From assembly GCA_050916045.1 (NCBI GenBank), contig CP051526.1:2400001-2464000 (forward strand): a stretch of 64,000 nucleotides of DNA, given 5' to 3'. The position numbers were made by a program, and so were the translations under genes. The DNA is from Tepidisphaera sp. Its GTDB lineage: Bacteria; Planctomycetota; Phycisphaerae; Phycisphaerales; UBA1924. Below the pieces are notes generated by a model. It was not told the origin of the DNA. It did no database searches and saw only the letters and a list, made by a program, of their open reading frames with translations. The number at the start of each line of letters is the position of its first letter. Positions within the stretch are counted from its first letter, which is position 1. This document shows, in pieces, positions 59,848 through 64,000 of the stretch.

Positions 59848-60825
59848 ATGATGCTGTTCCTGCTGGCCCTTGCAGCCCCCCCCACGACCGCTTCCAATCC
59901 CGCGGCCAGCCCGGCTGTTTCCGCGCCCGCGGGGGCGCCCGGCGCGGGGGCCGGTGCCGCGGCGGCCAAGATGTCGGGCGTAGAGGCGGCGGTGGCCGCG
60001 CCGCTCACAACACTTTCGGCGCTCGGGGACGAGGTCTTGCGGTTCGCGCGGGACAAGGGGCCGGCGGTGGTCGGGGCGATGGTCATATTCGTCCTCGCGT
60101 GGATGCTCTCCAAGTGGGCGCGGCGCGTGGTCTTCATGGCTTTCACGCAGGCGAAGGTGGACCCGCTGCTTGCCAAGTTCTTCGGGAACATGGCGAGGTG
60201 GGCGGTCCTGGCGTTCGCGATCGTGACGTGCCTGGGGACGCTGGGGTTTGAGACGACGAGCTTGGCGGCGGTGATCGGCGCGATGGGGCTTGCGATCGGC
60301 TTGGCGCTGCAGGGGAACCTGGGGAACCTGGCGTCGGGCGTGCTTCTTCTGATCTTCCGTCCGTTCAAGATCGGGGACAGCGTGATCGTGGCGGGGCAGG
60401 CGGGGATCATCGACGGGATCGATCTCTTCACGACAAATCTCGACACCGCCGACAACCGGCGCATCATCGTGCCCAACGGGGCGATCTTCGGCGGGACGAT
60501 CGAGAACCAGAGCCACCATCCGCGTCGGAACATCACGGTCCCGGTGGCGACGGCGGGTTCGCTGGACCTTGACCGGAGCCGGGGGATCCTGCTTGACGTC
60601 GCCAAGCGGTGCGTCGCCGAGACGCCCGGGGCGCTGGCGGACCCCGCGCCCGCGGTGGCGCTGGCGGAGATCACCCCGAACGTCGTGTGGAACGTCACGG
60701 TCGCGGCGGAAACGGTGAGGCACGGGCCGGTGCGGGCGGCGCTGCTTGAGCTGATCAAGCGAACTGTGGATGCGGAGGGCCTTGCGCCCGCGCCGCCGGT
60801 GCAACTGGTCCGGCAGGTGCAGTAA
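59848..60825 (+). CDS. mscS: small-conductance mechanosensitive channel
   Basis: TSLAAVIGAMGLAIGLALQGNLGNLASG, RPFKIGD, IIVPN; start approximate. Confidence 0.88.
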   Translation: MMLFLLALAAPPTTASNPAASPAVSAPAGAPGAGAGAAAAKMSGVEAAVAAPLTTLSALGDEVLRFARDKGPAVVGAMVIFVLAWMLSKWARRVVFMAFTQAKVDPLLAKFFGNMARWAVLAFAIVTCLGTLGFETTSLAAVIGAMGLAIGLALQGNLGNLASGVLLLIFRPFKIGDSVIVAGQAGIIDGIDLFTTNLDTADNRRIIVPNGAIFGGTIENQSHHPRRNITVPVATAGSLDLDRSRGILLDVAKRCVAETPGALADPAPAVALAEITPNVVWNVTVAAETVRHGPVRAALLELIKRTVDAEGLAPAPPVQLVRQVQ

Positions 60826-60868
60826 GCGGGCGGCGGCGGCGCGGGCGAGGTTTGGGTATGCTCGGGGC

Positions 60869-62659
60869 GTGAAGAACTTCTCCGTCATCGTGTTGTCGGC
60901 CGCGCTCTCGCTGGGCGGGCTTCTGAAGGTCGCAAGTGGTCAGCCCGCTTCTGTGGACGAGCAGGTCCGGGCGCTGCTCAGCCCACCGGGCTCGGCGAAA
61001 GCCAGCGTCACGGTCGCGCACTCTTACCAGAGCAGCGGGAACCGGACCATCCAGATCCTGCGGATCAGTGCTGGCGAGACGGGCGAGAGGAAGCCCGCGA
61101 TCCTGCTGGTGGCGGGTCTTGATGCGCGGCACCGCGTGGGGCCGGAGATGGCGCTTCGGGTGGCGCGAAAGCTCGCGGAAGCTCCGCCGGAGTGGCTGAA
61201 GGGCGTGAACGTGTACCTGCTGCCGATGGCGAACCCGGACGCATTCGCGGCGCGCGCGGGCGGGAGCGCGGTGGAGTTCGGGCGGCTGCCGATTCCGTCG
61301 GGGGGGACGGCGGTCAACGATGCGGACCGCGACCGGCGGCAGGGTGAGGATCCCGCGGAGGACCTGAACGGGGATGGGATGATCACGCTGATGCGGGTCA
61401 AGAACCCGGGGCCGGAAACGGGCCTGACCGCGACGTTGATTGATGAAACGGATGCGGAGGCGAACTCTCCGTGGAAGGGGTTGATGCGCGGGCCGGATGC
61501 GGCGAAGGGGGAGCGGGCGGTGTGGGCCGTGCTCGCGGAGGGGATCGATAACGACGGGGATGGGAAGTACAACGAGGATGGCCCGGGGCCGGCGGGGTTT
61601 GGCGCGGGGGGCGGGCTTGATCTGGACCGCAACTTCCCGATTGACTGGCCTGAGTTTGAGGATGGAGCGGGGGAAAGGCCGCTTCAGACGCCGGAATCGC
61701 GCGAGCTGGTGCAGTGGTGTCTGTCGACGCCGGAACTCGCGACGGTGGTGGTGTTCGGCCTTCACGACACGGTGATCGGGATTCCCGAAGCCGGGAAGTT
61801 TGATGCGACGGGGCAGGTGCCGATGGGGATCCTGAACGAGGACAAGGGGCTTTACGAAGCGGTTTCGGCGAAGTACCGCGAGCTGACAGGCATCAACGGG
61901 GCCGAGCGGCCGGGACTTTCCGGCTCGTTCACGGCGTGGGCGTACGCGGCGTTGGGGCTTCCGACGTTCGAGACGCCGGTCTGGGCGAGAGTTGACCGGA
62001 TGGATGAGGATCGCCGCCCCAAGCCCGCACCCGCGGCGGAAGACGCGCCCGGGGAGAAGAAGGAAGACGCCAAGGAAGAGAAGAAAGAAGAGCCGCGGCC
62101 CGAGCCGAAGACCGAGGACCAGAAGTGGATGCGAGCGTTGGAGAAGGATGCGCCGTTCATCGCGTGGAAGCCGTTTGACCATCCCACGCTTGGGCCGGTT
62201 GAGATCGGAGGGTTCGCGCCGGGGTCCAAGATCAATCCCGCGCCCGGATCCGACAGCGATGCGCGGCTGGAGCGCCTCGCGGAGGATCACACGAAGTTCC
62301 TGGGCGAACTGGCGGGGAACTTCGCGAGCGTCGAAGCGGAAGCTACGGCCGAACGGCTGGGGCCGGGGATGTGGAAGATCCGTGCCCGCGTGACCAACAC
62401 GGCGGCGTGGCCGACGCAGACGGCGATGAGCGTGCGGACGAGGCAGGCTCTGCCGACCTCGGTGACCATCGGGCTCGCGCCGGAGGCGATCGTCTCGGGC
62501 AACGTGCGGCAGTCCAGCGACAAGCTCGCACCGCGGGGCGGGCGGATGGATGCGGAGTGGGTGGTGCTTGTCAAGGATGGAGAAATGGTGAAGCTGACCT
62601 TGACGAACCCGCAGCGCGGGCCGCGGGAAATCAAGGTTGAGCTGACCGCGGCGAAGTAG
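60869..62659 (+). CDS. secreted M14 carboxypeptidase-like protein with degenerate Zn site
   Basis: KPAILLVAG, YLLPMANPD, EGIDNDGDGKYNED, DLDRNFP, HPTLGPVEIGG; HxxE replaced by DARH. Confidence 0.75.
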   Translation: MKNFSVIVLSAALSLGGLLKVASGQPASVDEQVRALLSPPGSAKASVTVAHSYQSSGNRTIQILRISAGETGERKPAILLVAGLDARHRVGPEMALRVARKLAEAPPEWLKGVNVYLLPMANPDAFAARAGGSAVEFGRLPIPSGGTAVNDADRDRRQGEDPAEDLNGDGMITLMRVKNPGPETGLTATLIDETDAEANSPWKGLMRGPDAAKGERAVWAVLAEGIDNDGDGKYNEDGPGPAGFGAGGGLDLDRNFPIDWPEFEDGAGERPLQTPESRELVQWCLSTPELATVVVFGLHDTVIGIPEAGKFDATGQVPMGILNEDKGLYEAVSAKYRELTGINGAERPGLSGSFTAWAYAALGLPTFETPVWARVDRMDEDRRPKPAPAAEDAPGEKKEDAKEEKKEEPRPEPKTEDQKWMRALEKDAPFIAWKPFDHPTLGPVEIGGFAPGSKINPAPGSDSDARLERLAEDHTKFLGELAGNFASVEAEATAERLGPGMWKIRARVTNTAAWPTQTAMSVRTRQALPTSVTIGLAPEAIVSGNVRQSSDKLAPRGGRMDAEWVVLVKDGEMVKLTLTNPQRGPREIKVELTAAK

Positions 62660-62768
62660 GAGCCGGGCCGGGGCCGGTCGGAACAGCCGTTCCGAAGCCG
62701 CGGGGAACCGGGGTGGCGGCGAGCCCGGGGGATCCGACCGGGCCGGGGGACGTAGAGTGCTCACCGGC

Positions 62769-64000
62769 ATGAGGCACGTTCAGGGCATGTTGCGCGATGG
62801 GAACGGACGAAGGGTCGCCCGCGTGGCGGCACGCGTGCTCGTCGGCTTGGCGGGCGTGGTGTGCCTGGGCGGTGTGGTGGCGTGCGGGGGGACGGAATCC
62901 GGGGGGGAAGCGGGCGGGGCAGCGCGGCTTCTGCGAGAGCCCGGGCAGGCGCGGCTGGATGCGGCGTGGGGGAGCGTGGTGGTCGTGCCGGCGCGGAGCT
63001 TGCCGCTTCGGCGGGTTGGGATGATCGACGCGGCTTCGGTGCGGGCACGGACCGACGATGGGCAGGCGGTCGAGATCGAATGGCGGAAGCTCCGCGTCTC
63101 ACCGGGTGAGTCGCCGGCGATGCCGCCGACGGGCCGCCGGGGATGGATGCCACCGGTGGGTTTGTGGTCGACCGCGCGGGTCGGAGGTGGCGAGAGCGAA
63201 GCTCCGCTTGGGCCGGAGGAGATGGCGGCGGAGTTTGCGGTGCTGACGCTGCCGCAGGGGACGCTGGGGCAGGGCGTGTGGATGGAGGGGAGCGGGATCG
63301 GCGATGGTGCGTCGGGCGTGCGGCTTGAGGTGAACTGGCTTGCGTCGTCGGTGTCGCTTGCGGAGCGGGCGGGTGGAACGGTGCTCGAACCGCCGCTGAA
63401 GGCTGAGGAAGCGGCGAGCCCGTTGATACGTGCGGCGCTTGATGATGAAAGCACGAGCCCGTTCCGGCGGTGGCGGGCGCGGCTGGCTCGCGGGATGTTG
63501 ATGCCGACGGAGAGCGCGGGGCCGGCTCGCGAAGCGGCGGTGGATGCGTTCGCGGATCCGGTGCTTGAAGAGATCGCCGCGCAGATGGAGGAGCGGTGGA
63601 CGGTGGCGCTGCTGCTTCTGACGCAGGCGGATGCGGCGATGGCTTCGCGGGTGCGGGCAGGGCTGGTGCTGACGGCGAACGTGGGCCAGGGAGTGGTCGC
63701 GCCGGCGTGGCCGACGGATCAGGGTGTGCTGGATGAACTGCTCGCGGGGCTGCTCGCGCCTCGCGCGACGCGGAGCCAGCGGCTGATCGCGGCGGAGAAC
63801 TTCCTGAGGACGATCCCGGAGGCGGTCGCGCGGATCGCGGATGATGCGCACGCGCTGGATGCGGTCACGCTTGCGCCAGTGGTGGTGATCGCGGCGACAA
63901 ACCTGACGGACCGGCCGCTGGCGGCTTCGGCGCTGTGGCCACGGTCGCTTGCCGCGCCGGATCTGATCCCCATCGCTCCGCGCGGTGTGGCGCGGCTGGT
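62769..64000 (+). CDS. hypothetical lipoprotein, runs off the window end
   Basis: MRHVQGML...LAGVVCLGGVVAC lipobox; host-like codons; apparently open to the window end. Confidence 0.6.
   Translation, partial: MRHVQGMLRDGNGRRVARVAARVLVGLAGVVCLGGVVACGGTESGGEAGGAARLLREPGQARLDAAWGSVVVVPARSLPLRRVGMIDAASVRARTDDGQAVEIEWRKLRVSPGESPAMPPTGRRGWMPPVGLWSTARVGGGESEAPLGPEEMAAEFAVLTLPQGTLGQGVWMEGSGIGDGASGVRLEVNWLASSVSLAERAGGTVLEPPLKAEEAASPLIRAALDDESTSPFRRWRARLARGMLMPTESAGPAREAAVDAFADPVLEEIAAQMEERWTVALLLLTQADAAMASRVRAGLVLTANVGQGVVAPAWPTDQGVLDELLAGLLAPRATRSQRLIAAENFLRTIPEAVARIADDAHALDAVTLAPVVVIAATNLTDRPLAASALWPRSLAAPDLIPIAPRGVARL

Overview
High-GC bacterial DNA with many Planctomycetota hallmarks, most like Phycisphaerales: PSD1/planctomycete cytochrome c, DUF1501, a PVC-type haem protein, an ECF-sigma/Ser-Thr kinase pair, and secreted proteins ending in DFNxDGFxDFFDYDxFVxAFETGC. 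1-24.4 kb is mostly minus-strand core genes. It includes a BlaI/BlaR1 pair with visible operators, followed by a TPR-ExbB-ExbD operon whose last gene encodes a TonB/TolA-like protein (SxxxH helix) fused to a PD40 propeller and a prenyltransferase/cyclase-like barrel. This is the best candidate for an undescribed system. About 24.7-39.3 kb is a decayed accessory region ending at tRNA-Phe. It holds a dead tRNA-Pro with its own att-bounded islet (triple esterase), recombinase tails, a PI-PLC, a fibre-like protein and an ECF/STK-WD40 pair. 39.5-53 kb is core again (DUF1501/PSD1, two M1 aminopeptidases, receivers, hybrid kinase). 53.0-59.6 kb is a 6.6 kb island between 20-bp direct repeats at tRNA-Val, carrying GC-dockerin-tailed cargo. 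The very strong strand-specific G/C skew flips across the central accessory region. All calls come from reading motifs by eye; no database searches were run.
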